NCBI GenBank assembly: GCA_016206725.1
Contig: JACQRA010000088.1
Location: 1,622-65,621, forward strand
Reading direction: 5' to 3'
Length of the DNA: 64,000 nucleotides
From: Candidatus Omnitrophota bacterium
Lineage (GTDB): Bacteria; Omnitrophota; Gorgyraeia; Aquiviventales; Aquiviventaceae
Below, one piece after another: positions 9,592 to 18,767 of this stretch. Below the pieces are notes generated by a model, which saw only the letters and a list, made by a program, of their open reading frames with translations, was not told the origin of the DNA and searched no databases. Within the stretch, counting starts at the first letter, position 1. Every line of letters starts with the position of its first letter. The position numbers and the translations under genes were made by a program.

Positions 9592-11010
9592 TTACCGACG
9601 CCATCCAAGGTTCTCCCGAAGATCCGCGACGCGAAACGTCTGGATTAAGTTCATGCGGTTGCCGGCTCGCGGATAGCCCACCGCGGTCACCAGAATGATG
9701 TCTTCGTCCGTCAGCTGCTCTCTCCGCCAGAGCACCTCGAGACATCGGGGGATGTGATCGGTGCTCGTGCGTGAAAAGGGCACGTCCACGTGAACGCCTT
9801 CCGTGCCGGCGAACAGTTGGAAGCTTCTGGCCGCGGCAGCGTCATCGCTCACGGCGAGAATCGGCTGGACAGGGTGGTGGGTCGCGATCGCGCGCGCCGC
9901 ATATCCCGATTTCGTAATGGCCACGATCTTGGTGATGGGCAGCTGGCGGCACAGCAGGGCGATGGCTTCTCCGACCGCTTCCGGGATGGTCCGCGAGGAC
10001 GCCGCAATCTCCTCGGCCGCTCGACTGCGGTGGAGGCTCACCGCATCCACAATGCGGCGCATCGTCTTCACCGCCTCGATCGGATACGCGCCCACCGCGG
10101 TTTCTGCGGAGAGCATGACCGCCGACGCGCCATCCAGGACGGCATTGCTGATGTCGCTGACCTCGGCTTTCGTCGGAACAGGCGCGCGCACCATCGAGTG
10201 GAGCATTTCCGTGGCGATGATCACCGGCTTGTACACCCGCCTGGCCGAGGCGAGGATGCGCTTCTGGTGCAACACCACCCGCTCCAAATCCCGCGTCTCC
10301 GTCGAGAGATCGCCGCGATCAATCATGATGGCATCGGCGGATTCCAGGATCTCCTCGAGCTGCTGCATCGCCTTGGGCGTTTCGATCTTCGCGATAATCC
10401 GCGGCCGTTCCGAGCCGATGAGCATCCGAATCGCCTCAAGCTGCTGCGCGGAATCAATGAAGCTGGCGCCGATAAAATCCACGCCCGCTTCGCACGCGAA
10501 GGCGATGAGGCGTTTGTCCGCTTCGGTCGTCAAGCCGCTCCACAACGCCGTGGGAATCGAAAGGCCCTTGGCGCTCGTCAGCGTGCCGCTGGTCTGCGCT
10601 TGGCAGACGAGGTCATGTTCGCCGACATCCACCACCGTGAACGCGAATTGCCCGTCATCCACCAGGACGCTGTCTTGCTTCGACACGACGCCGTGGAGCG
10701 CCGGGGCGTTGATCGGCACTTTGTCGCCGCCGCCGTCCTGCGCCGTGGTGAACACAATCGTATCCCCGGCTTGGAATCGCACATCAGTCGGCAGATTCGC
10801 CACGCGGATCTTCCGGCCAGGCAGATCCAACAGGATGGGCACGGCGGGAGCCATCTCGCGCAGCCGTTCGATCACTGTGCGGTGCCAGTCGAGCTGGTTG
10901 TGCGAACCGTTCAAGCGGGCGATGTCCATGCCGGCTTCGCAGAGGGCGCCGAGGGTGACCGCGTCACAGGTGGTCGGCCCAATGGTTGCCACGATCTTGA
11001 TTCGGCTCAT
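9592..11010 (-). CDS. pyk: Pyruvate kinase family protein (divergent)
   Basis: KIVATIGP, RLNGSH, IIAKIET, MIDRGDL, ATEMLHSM, PTKAEVSDISNAVLDG, MLSAETAVGAYP. Confidence 0.85.
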   Translation of the reverse strand: MSRIKIVATIGPTTCDAVTLGALCEAGMDIARLNGSHNQLDWHRTVIERLREMAPAVPILLDLPGRKIRVANLPTDVRFQAGDTIVFTTAQDGGGDKVPINAPALHGVVSKQDSVLVDDGQFAFTVVDVGEHDLVCQAQTSGTLTSAKGLSIPTALWSGLTTEADKRLIAFACEAGVDFIGASFIDSAQQLEAIRMLIGSERPRIIAKIETPKAMQQLEEILESADAIMIDRGDLSTETRDLERVVLHQKRILASARRVYKPVIIATEMLHSMVRAPVPTKAEVSDISNAVLDGASAVMLSAETAVGAYPIEAVKTMRRIVDAVSLHRSRAAEEIAASSRTIPEAVGEAIALLCRQLPITKIVAITKSGYAARAIATHHPVQPILAVSDDAAAARSFQLFAGTEGVHVDVPFSRTSTDHIPRCLEVLWRREQLTDEDIILVTAVGYPRAGNRMNLIQTFRVADLRENLGWRR

Positions 11011-12092
11011 GGGGAGGCCTCCTCTTCTTCTTCAATAAAGCACGGCAGGGCCGTAATGCTTTGCAGCACTTCCGGACGAATGAGCTCCGGGGCCGGGGGA
11101 CTTCCGCCGCCCAGGAGCGCGCGCACCGACGTCCCGCTGATATGGCGGATCGCCTCCGGCGCGCTCGCCCCATGCGGGCAGGAGCGCTCCGTGACGATGC
11201 CCCCGCAGATGGTGCAGTGGTACGGGCCGGAGCAGCGCAGCACCTCGATGCCCAGCTGCCCGTCAAACTGCCGCGTGAGCTCGTGCGCCGCGTATCTCCC
11301 GTAATAGTTCCCCACCCCGGCATGATCCCGACCGACGATGAAATGAGTGCAGCCGTAGTTGCGGCGGATAATCGCGTGGAAGACCGCTTCCCGCGGTCCG
11401 GCATAGCGCATGGCCGTGGACAGTACCCCCAGCACCACGCGGTCTTTCGGAAGGAAACGGTCAATGAGCGTGCGATAGGCCGTGAGGATCGCCTTCGGCG
11501 TGTAATCCCCACGCTGCTTGAATCCAACCAGCGGCTGGATAAAGAGTCCCTCGGAGAATTCCAGCGCCAATCGCAGGAGATACTCGTGCGCCCGATGCGG
11601 CACGTTGCGGGTCTGGAAACCGACGACGGTTTTCCACCCGCGACGGGCGAACTCCGCGCGGGTCTGCTGGGGCGTGAGCTCATGATCGGAGAACTCGCAC
11701 CGCGCCCGCGCGAGCAGTGTCACCGGCCCGCCGACGAACCACTCCTTCAACCGGAAGAAGTACGCGACACCGGGATGAGCGGTGTCGTCGGTCCCATAGA
11801 CCTGCCGGGCCACGGCGGCCCTGTCGCACCGGTAGACGCTCTGCGGCGTCAGCTCGCCGACTTCCTGACCTTCGTACATCAACCGCGCCTGGTCGCTGCG
11901 GCGCAACGCGCGCGCGTCCGACACGTCCAATACAACGGGAAGCGGAAACACGGCGCCGTTGGGCAGCCGCATCGTTGAGACCACGGACTGAAACTCCGCC
12001 TCCGTCATGAAGCCGCCCAATGGCGCGAACGCTCCCAGGGCGAGCTTCTCCAATTCCAGATACTGATGGCGATTCAGGACCAACGTCGTCAT
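11007..12092 (-). CDS. sat: Sulfate adenylyltransferase (ATP sulfurylase, Sat type)
   Basis: GAFAPLGGFM, FQTRNVPHRAHEYL, MRYAGPREAVFHAIIRRNYGCTHFIVGRDHAGVG, ISGTSVR. Confidence 0.92.
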   Translation of the reverse strand: MTTLVLNRHQYLELEKLALGAFAPLGGFMTEAEFQSVVSTMRLPNGAVFPLPVVLDVSDARALRRSDQARLMYEGQEVGELTPQSVYRCDRAAVARQVYGTDDTAHPGVAYFFRLKEWFVGGPVTLLARARCEFSDHELTPQQTRAEFARRGWKTVVGFQTRNVPHRAHEYLLRLALEFSEGLFIQPLVGFKQRGDYTPKAILTAYRTLIDRFLPKDRVVLGVLSTAMRYAGPREAVFHAIIRRNYGCTHFIVGRDHAGVGNYYGRYAAHELTRQFDGQLGIEVLRCSGPYHCTICGGIVTERSCPHGASAPEAIRHISGTSVRALLGGGSPPAPELIRPEVLQSITALPCFIEEEEEASP

Positions 12093-13153
12093 GCGTGTCC
12101 GTTCGTTGGATACCCGAAGAGCGACTCGGCGAAGCGCGCCAGCGCCGCCGCCTGGCGCAACGACACCAACGGAACCGCCGCGCGAACTCTCGCTTCAAGT
12201 GCTGACGCGGTCTGCTCAACAAACCCCACCTTCACGGTTGGGTCGACCGCGACGACGGGCATCGCCTCCCACTCAGCCAAGGGGGCGCGGCGCCGAAGGA
12301 CCTGTTCCAGTGGACCGTGCCGATAGGACGACACCGACGTGTGAACCTCCACCGACCATCGCCCCGTGGATCCCCAATCCGCATGGTACGCAAAGGGAAT
12401 CCCATGCTCCGAGACGCCAGAGCCGACGAACACCGAGCCAGTCGGATGCCATGACACGGCCGTCCCCCCGCGGTGACCATGCCACTGCGCCGGCATGCCG
12501 ATGAGGGCATGGGCCATGCTCATGACGTGCAGGCTATTGGCAATTCCCCAACGAGCCAGCTCCTCGGCTGTGAAGAGCTGCGGCCAATCCGGCTTGATGA
12601 ATTCCGTGAAGGTATAGGTACAGGAGGTGATGCCGCCCTCCTGCGCCGCCAGGGCTCGCACCTCCTGGAGTGCCGGGTAGGCCACGCGGTTATAGGCGCA
12701 CCACGCCTCAGCGCCTGCGCGCTCAAGCGACTCCGTGAGCCGTTCGATGGCGCCTGACCAGAGCGAGACCGGCTTTTCAATAAGCAGCCGGCGGTAGCCG
12801 AGGGACACGAGATGCTCAGTGGCCTCTACCAACCGATCGATCGGCACCGCCACAATGCCTAGCTCGCCTGGACGTCCCTGCCGCGCCATCCGCTCAAACC
12901 CGCCGGCCATCAGTTCCACACCGTCCATTCCGCGCAAGGGCTGCAGCCTCGCCTCTGATCGGGAACAGACACGGATACGTTTCACGCCGAGGATGCGCAG
13001 CGCCTTGACGTATTGCGCGCCCATGCCGCCGTAGCCGATCACGGTCGCCGCGCAGGCGGAGAAGTCTTCCGCACGGATCGCCTGAGCGAGCGCCGCCGAG
13101 GACAGCACCGGCGAAACGCGGAGGTCGCCTGCAGCGGACGGATTACTGCTCAT
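12089..13153 (-). CDS. Gfo/Idh/MocA oxidoreductase
   Basis: VIGYGGMG, LLIEKP, AYNR, ANSLHV. Confidence 0.75.
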   Translation of the reverse strand: MSSNPSAAGDLRVSPVLSSAALAQAIRAEDFSACAATVIGYGGMGAQYVKALRILGVKRIRVCSRSEARLQPLRGMDGVELMAGGFERMARQGRPGELGIVAVPIDRLVEATEHLVSLGYRRLLIEKPVSLWSGAIERLTESLERAGAEAWCAYNRVAYPALQEVRALAAQEGGITSCTYTFTEFIKPDWPQLFTAEELARWGIANSLHVMSMAHALIGMPAQWHGHRGGTAVSWHPTGSVFVGSGVSEHGIPFAYHADWGSTGRWSVEVHTSVSSYRHGPLEQVLRRRAPLAEWEAMPVVAVDPTVKVGFVEQTASALEARVRAAVPLVSLRQAAALARFAESLFGYPTNGHA

Positions 13154-13841
13154 AGCAGGCGACCCCTAAATGTTTGGTGCGCCGGATGGTGGTCAGCGTC
13201 CTCTTGCGGCCGTCAATCGCTCCCGCGGCAAGTCGCGCCAGGAATTCCGGGACCCCATAGTGGCCGGGCACCGTCAGGCCAACGTCATGAAACGCAATCA
13301 GCCCGCCGGGCTTGACCAGCGGGCTGTAGAGCAGCCAGTCGGTCAGCACCGACGCGTACTGGTGGTCGCCGTCAATGAAGAGCAGGTCCACCCCCCCGCA
13401 GGCGACCTGATAGGTTTTCGCCACGGTCGCCGGCTCATACGACATGCCGATGATAAAGGCGCTGCGCCGATCGCCCAGCGCCCACCGGTCGTGGAAGGCC
13501 CGCATATTCGTTCCGAAGATACGGATGCGCTCGTGCGATTTCTCGATGGTGATGATCCGCTTGAACAGCAGACGCCACAGGAAGTGGGTGCTGCCGTAAT
13601 ACCCCAGCCCTACCTCCAGCGCAGTGCCCAGCCGTTTCCGCGACAACAACAGCGAGACGAACTCCTTGATCTCGTCGCGGTCCTGCTGGATGCCCGCGTC
13701 ATCCGGAATCATGAAATCTTGCATCGGGACCCAGTCGCCCCGCTCGTACTTGCCGTTGCCGTGACGGGCCACCCAGGCATCCAGTTGCTTCATCACGCGG
13801 TTGACGGTCGAGCGCCCTGCGTCCTCACGTAACCGGGGCAT
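13143..13841 (-). CDS. Class I SAM-dependent methyltransferase (Methyltransf_24-like); true start may be ATG 13793
   Basis: LEVGLGYYGS, DLLFIDGDHQY, VKPGGLIAFHD. Confidence 0.8.
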   Translation of the reverse strand: MPRLREDAGRSTVNRVMKQLDAWVARHGNGKYERGDWVPMQDFMIPDDAGIQQDRDEIKEFVSLLLSRKRLGTALEVGLGYYGSTHFLWRLLFKRIITIEKSHERIRIFGTNMRAFHDRWALGDRRSAFIIGMSYEPATVAKTYQVACGGVDLLFIDGDHQYASVLTDWLLYSPLVKPGGLIAFHDVGLTVPGHYGVPEFLARLAAGAIDGRKRTLTTIRRTKHLGVACYEQ

Positions 13842-14817
13842 CGGCCAGCTCCTTTCCCATCAAGCGATTGAAGTGCGGCTGCAACTCACCCAAAATGAAC
13901 CGATGGGAGACTAACGACTCCTCCAGAGCGGGCAAATCACACCGGCCTGACGCGATGATCTCGGATGCAAACGTCATCGTCATGCGGCTGACCAGCATCT
14001 CGTCACCAAATGGAATGGCGCGCCACTGCCCTCCTGACGCCGCCTCGCTTTCGACCGCCCACCGCTGGATGTGATCAACGATGCAGCGATAGCTCCGGCT
14101 GCTGATTGAGAGTTGTTCTGAGAGTCGGTGGTCGCCGGCATAGGTCATCGTCAACCGGCTACCTTTCTCGGTCGAGCCCTGGAGGGTTCCGCTGAGGTCC
14201 CATTGGCCTCTTGCGGTTCGGTGGAGCATCGGATCGATTGAGGAACCGGTGCCGTCGATGCGACTCGCCCCGTCGTAGAACGCGAAGAGGTCGGCATTGT
14301 GGATTCCATTGGTGGCCAATCCGAGATTGCCCCCCACCACGTTGAGGATCAGCGGTTCTTCAGGCTGCAACCGCGCTTTGACTCGTTGATGGAACGGGTA
14401 GGCCCGCGTCTGACAGTTCACCCACACAGACAGGCCTCTGGTGCTTGAATAATCGACCATGTCTTCACATTCAGCGACCGACGGCGCCACGAGCTTCTCC
14501 ACGAGAAAGTGGGTGTAGCTGAGCGTCTCCGCCACCTGCCGAAGGAGTTGAGAGCGTCCCTGCGCTTGGGTCGCGATGATGCACAATGCTCCCCCGCGGC
14601 CGGCATCCTCAACTGAAGACAGCCATCGCACCGTGGTGGAACGGCATCGCCCTGGCGTTTCAGCCAACCGTTCGCGGCCAAGCCGCAGCGCCTCAGGACG
14701 AGGATCCACCACTTCGATCTCCCGGACCTGCGCAAGCGAGGCAACCGCCTGGAGGTGGTAGCTGCCCATCGTGCCGCAGCCGACGATCAGCACGCGAGCG
14801 TCGTTAGGTTGGCTCAT
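13825..14817 (-). CDS. Gfo/Idh/MocA oxidoreductase
   Basis: LIVGCGTMGSYHLQ, IIAT, LVEK, LATNGIH. Confidence 0.75.
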   Translation of the reverse strand: MSQPNDARVLIVGCGTMGSYHLQAVASLAQVREIEVVDPRPEALRLGRERLAETPGRCRSTTVRWLSSVEDAGRGGALCIIATQAQGRSQLLRQVAETLSYTHFLVEKLVAPSVAECEDMVDYSSTRGLSVWVNCQTRAYPFHQRVKARLQPEEPLILNVVGGNLGLATNGIHNADLFAFYDGASRIDGTGSSIDPMLHRTARGQWDLSGTLQGSTEKGSRLTMTYAGDHRLSEQLSISSRSYRCIVDHIQRWAVESEAASGGQWRAIPFGDEMLVSRMTMTFASEIIASGRCDLPALEESLVSHRFILGELQPHFNRLMGKELADAPVT

Positions 14818-14856
14818 ACCACGCGATCCCGAGATGTTTCGTGCGTCGAATCGTCT

Positions 14857-16830
14857 TCATTGTTCTCGGACGGCCGCCAGCTTCGCGCCATCGAGCACCC
14901 ACAGCCTCCCGCGCCAGCGCCGATCCATCTCGCCGACCTGCCGGAGGATCAGATCGCGGTAACTGGTCACGTCATGCTCATGGATCCACATCCGGCTGGA
15001 GGCGATCGTCTTGAACGACGCGACGGCATAGCGGTCGATGGTCTTCGATGCGAACAACCGGTTCAACTCGGGATCGTCGGCAAAGTCCCCCCGGGCGATG
15101 GCGTCGCGGTCCGTCGACATATCAAACCCTTTCGCGCTCGTGCTGGGCACGACGACGTAGCCCTCGGTCACCTCGCCCAGCGTCCGCACGTACCGAATCT
15201 GGAAGCGCTCGCGCACCCGCGGCGGCCAGACGCCGATGAACCCTTGGTTGTACGACGTATCGTAGGTCGCGAAGGATCGAATCGCCATCCGCTCCAGCGT
15301 GCGGTGCAGCCACGTCGAGGCCATGCGCGCCGGCCACACATCGGTCACGAAGATCCAGACATTCCACCCGACGCCGAGGGCGACCAGCCCGACCATCCCG
15401 CCCCACCAGACGCCCCGCACCCCGAGGGGAAACCGCGCGGCGGCCAGCGCGCCCGCATACCCGACGGCCAGCAAGAATCCGACCAGCGATGGAAAATAGG
15501 TCCGGCTGCACTGCGGCGACTGGGTCAGCTCGGCATACACGATTGGCGAAAGGCTCAGGAGCCCGAGCAGCGCCGCACCGACGACCTCGTGCGGTTCCCC
15601 ACCTCCCAGGCCGACCGTGGTCACGATGGTAGCCATGCTCACCCCGTAGGCCGCCACGTGGAAGGGCAAGGTTCGCCAGAAGAACGGCCACAGCCACCGC
15701 AGCCCCACGCGCATCTCGCCGGGGCGCAGAATCCTCCCGACGCTCGCGAAGAACTCTCGATAGAGCGGGTAGTGCGTCCACCGCTGCGCCGCCTGCCAGT
15801 AGCCCAGGTAACCCTTGAGGTTCCAGACGACGTTCGGCGCGGTGAAGAAGAGCGCGGCCAATCCGATCCCTACGAACAGGAGGCCATGCGCCACGTAGAA
15901 GGCGGGGGCTCGCGTCACCACCAGGCACGCCAGCAGATATCCGAGGAACCCCACTCCCAACCTGGTGACGACCCGCGTCACGACGGCTTCCTTCCCCAGA
16001 TAGTAGGCCAGCGGCAACTGGGCGCGCGCCGTGATAAGGCGGTTGAGCGCGCCGGCAGCCCGCTCGAAGTAGATCGCCGTCACAAGGCGCCGGAACCACC
16101 ACCGTCCCCACACGGCGACGCTGCCGAGGGCCGCCGCCAGAACGGCCGCGACGGCCAACAGCCACGGCCCCATCCCCTCTCCCAACGACGCCCATCCGCG
16201 CCCGCCGATGCCGAGCAAAGCCATCGTCTCCCGCTGGCTGTAGAGGAACGCCCCGGCGGCCAGCGGAAGGAACTTGCGCCCCGAGGCCGAGGCGAACATC
16301 ATCGCCCCCAGCCACGCCCCCGCCGCCACATACCAGAGCGCCCCGCCATCCGGCGCGGCGGACGCCTGCTGCAGAGACCAGACCGCACCGAGCAGCAGCA
16401 TCTGCGCCAACCCCTGGAACCCGCCGAGGAGGACAATTTGATACGGCCAGTAGCAGCCCATATACCAGACGAAGAGCAGGCCGGCCGCGGGCGCGCCCCA
16501 GTACGACCGGGCCACCGCAAAGAGCAGCACGGCGGAGACGGCGTGGACCAGGAGGGCCAAGACCGTCAGCGGCCGCCCCGTCTCGGTGTCCTTGAGCACC
16601 CGCTGCAGCAGTGCGACTCCCAGCAGCCCCACATCCTTCATCCAGGCCTTGTCCGTCGCGAACCGGTGCATGTCCGACGGCCACCGCCACTCCCGCGAGC
16701 GGGCGGCAGCGCGCACCTGCTTCTCCTGATCGGTGTGCGTCGCCACAAACAGGATGCCACGCGTCATGCGCCCGATGACCAGGGCAGTACTCACCGACAC
16801 CGCCACCACGCCGAGAAACATACCGTCCAT
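14857..16830 (-). CDS. Large polytopic membrane protein, possible GT-C-type transferase
   Basis: 657 aa with roughly a dozen hydrophobic segments, an acidic loop after TM1 (HTDQE) and a soluble C-terminal domain; function inferred from topology and context only. Confidence 0.55.
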   Translation of the reverse strand: MDGMFLGVVAVSVSTALVIGRMTRGILFVATHTDQEKQVRAAARSREWRWPSDMHRFATDKAWMKDVGLLGVALLQRVLKDTETGRPLTVLALLVHAVSAVLLFAVARSYWGAPAAGLLFVWYMGCYWPYQIVLLGGFQGLAQMLLLGAVWSLQQASAAPDGGALWYVAAGAWLGAMMFASASGRKFLPLAAGAFLYSQRETMALLGIGGRGWASLGEGMGPWLLAVAAVLAAALGSVAVWGRWWFRRLVTAIYFERAAGALNRLITARAQLPLAYYLGKEAVVTRVVTRLGVGFLGYLLACLVVTRAPAFYVAHGLLFVGIGLAALFFTAPNVVWNLKGYLGYWQAAQRWTHYPLYREFFASVGRILRPGEMRVGLRWLWPFFWRTLPFHVAAYGVSMATIVTTVGLGGGEPHEVVGAALLGLLSLSPIVYAELTQSPQCSRTYFPSLVGFLLAVGYAGALAAARFPLGVRGVWWGGMVGLVALGVGWNVWIFVTDVWPARMASTWLHRTLERMAIRSFATYDTSYNQGFIGVWPPRVRERFQIRYVRTLGEVTEGYVVVPSTSAKGFDMSTDRDAIARGDFADDPELNRLFASKTIDRYAVASFKTIASSRMWIHEHDVTSYRDLILRQVGEMDRRWRGRLWVLDGAKLAAVREQ

Positions 16831-16833
16831 GCG

Positions 16834-17679
16834 TCAGCTCTTGATGATGAGTCCCTGGCCGGTGGGGCTGGCGAAAATCTCGCACCCCAGCTCCTCCACC
16901 AACCGATCCATCCCCTGTTTCTGTTCCCCGCGCCCCGGCTGGCCGTAATCGTCCAAGACGACCCAGGCGCCCCGGCTCAGCCGAGGCCAGAAATGCCGCA
17001 GCGCTTCCACCTCAGGGTAGACCGCATTCATGTCAAGGTGGAGAAACGCCACCGTGGGGATCTCCACGCGCGAGAGCGACTCGGGGACGTATCCCTTGAT
17101 GAACACCACCGACGGGAACGAGGAGAATGCGCGCTGGACCTCTTCATAGTAGCCGGTGTACGACTGATTGACCCCATCCAACCCCCTCCCATACAGCACG
17201 GTGCGTTCGTAGTCGGTCAGCTGGCCGTTCAACAACCCTTCCCAGCTATCAAAGAGGAAGAAACGCTTGTGGTGTCGCTGCCAATCCAGACTCGCGACAA
17301 TGCTCGCGGCGGCAAACCCTCTGGCGGTCCCGCACTCCACGAAATCGCCTTCCACCGTCACCGCTTGTCGAGCCGCCCACTGCAGCAGATAGGCACTCCA
17401 CATGGGACGCTCCTGGGCGGTCATCTGTTGGGCAAATCGGTGGCCTTTGAGAAAGCGCTCATCCGTCATGAAATCGCAGTTATGACGGCTGATGAGCTGA
17501 TTGTCTGCGTAGGTCGCGACATACCAATAGCGATGCAGCCGGAACAAACGGTTGAGTTGTGCCACGGTCATCTCTTTGCGAAACACCTGCTTCATCAGCG
17601 TGCCCTGAACACGGCTGCGAATCGTCCGCAGCGGTTTCTTGATGGGCTCTGGGAGGTAGCGTGTCAGCGGTCTCATCAT
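16834..17679 (-). CDS. TylF/MycF/NovP-family O-methyltransferase
   Basis: EGDFVECGT, LFDSWEGL, IKGYVPESL, AFLHLDM, VVLDDYG. Confidence 0.88.
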   Translation of the reverse strand: MMRPLTRYLPEPIKKPLRTIRSRVQGTLMKQVFRKEMTVAQLNRLFRLHRYWYVATYADNQLISRHNCDFMTDERFLKGHRFAQQMTAQERPMWSAYLLQWAARQAVTVEGDFVECGTARGFAAASIVASLDWQRHHKRFFLFDSWEGLLNGQLTDYERTVLYGRGLDGVNQSYTGYYEEVQRAFSSFPSVVFIKGYVPESLSRVEIPTVAFLHLDMNAVYPEVEALRHFWPRLSRGAWVVLDDYGQPGRGEQKQGMDRLVEELGCEIFASPTGQGLIIKS

Positions 17680-18767
17680 CTTCTTTCGGTCATCGCTCGG
17701 TACATCGGCATGAAATCTTCATGATAGGGCGAGCGAGCCTTCAGCAGCGCCGACAACGAGATGGTGTCGCGCCGTCCAGGAAGCCGCGGACCCACCGCCC
17801 GCCACACCGACCGTGCCCCTGGAACGTTTCGAAGCCACTCGCGGGTGCGCCTCGTCAGGGACGGCCGCGGCGCGTCGCAGCCGCCGTTCGCCTTGTTGGA
17901 CAACACCCGAAGGGCGTAACACCAGAACGCCTGCGTGGCCACAGCCTCGGCGCGCTCTTGCGCGATGCCCTCCGCATCCTTCAACGCCTCGGCAAGACAG
18001 GACCTGAAGGCAGCGTACTTTCCGGCAAAGCTGGCTTCGGTGAACCATTCAATGACGTCCGTCGCCCTCGTGGTCTCGCGCGCGCCATCGAGATTCCGCA
18101 CCGAGCGGATCCACGCGTCCGGCCCGTCATGAATCTCTTTCAGGAGGTAGAGTTGATGGAGGCAATGCGCCTTGCCCTGAATGACATCCAGACCACCCAG
18201 CGCGAGCTCGCCCCACGCGTAGCCAAAACTATGAGCGCAGCAACGGCGGACGTTCTCGCGCAACAACGCCGTGCGATGGACGGAATAGTTCAGCACCGCG
18301 CCATAGCGTGTGAAATGATCCAGCAGACGCTCCGACGCCGTCGGCTGAGCGATCGCGCGCTGCGGATACACCGCGACCCACTCCATGGTCCCTCGAGAAG
18401 CTCCCGGCTTGAACGTCGCGCTTCGGCCATGCGCCAGGCTGTAATCCGGATGCGCCTCCAAGAACTGCGCGCCAAGCCTGAGGGTACGCGGCACCAAAAA
18501 ATCGTCATCGTTCCAGACCACGGTGTAGGGCGTGGTCACATGCGCGAGGCCGTCCGCGAGTTTCTCCATGGGAGGCATCGCCGGATCGTAACGCCGATGG
18601 ACAACTCCCTCCTCTGCCAGCGCCCTCCGCAGCGGGCCTTCCGGAAGCGCGTGAGCACTCGAATCCAACACATCCACTCGGCCAGGCCGTCCCACCGATG
18701 TGAGGTAGGCCAGCAGCCGCGTCAGTTCCTCATAACGGTTGTAGGTCGGGATGAGGACGGTCAGCAT
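17676..18767 (-). CDS. GT2-like glycosyltransferase (TIGR00180-like)
   Basis: LTVLIPTYNR, VLDSS, TPY..WNDDDFL, YSVHRT, ELAL, C-terminal LL...SPYHEDFMP. Confidence 0.75.
   Translation of the reverse strand: MLTVLIPTYNRYEELTRLLAYLTSVGRPGRVDVLDSSAHALPEGPLRRALAEEGVVHRRYDPAMPPMEKLADGLAHVTTPYTVVWNDDDFLVPRTLRLGAQFLEAHPDYSLAHGRSATFKPGASRGTMEWVAVYPQRAIAQPTASERLLDHFTRYGAVLNYSVHRTALLRENVRRCCAHSFGYAWGELALGGLDVIQGKAHCLHQLYLLKEIHDGPDAWIRSVRNLDGARETTRATDVIEWFTEASFAGKYAAFRSCLAEALKDAEGIAQERAEAVATQAFWCYALRVLSNKANGGCDAPRPSLTRRTREWLRNVPGARSVWRAVGPRLPGRRDTISLSALLKARSPYHEDFMPMYRAMTERR

Noticed and set aside
14755-17724. 989-aa plus-strand ORF, and many other long plus-strand ORFs such as 9790-11304, 19142-20557 and 62571-63929
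   Set aside because: Antisense shadows of motif-bearing minus-strand genes in high-GC DNA; Arg/Pro/His-rich with no recognisable domains.
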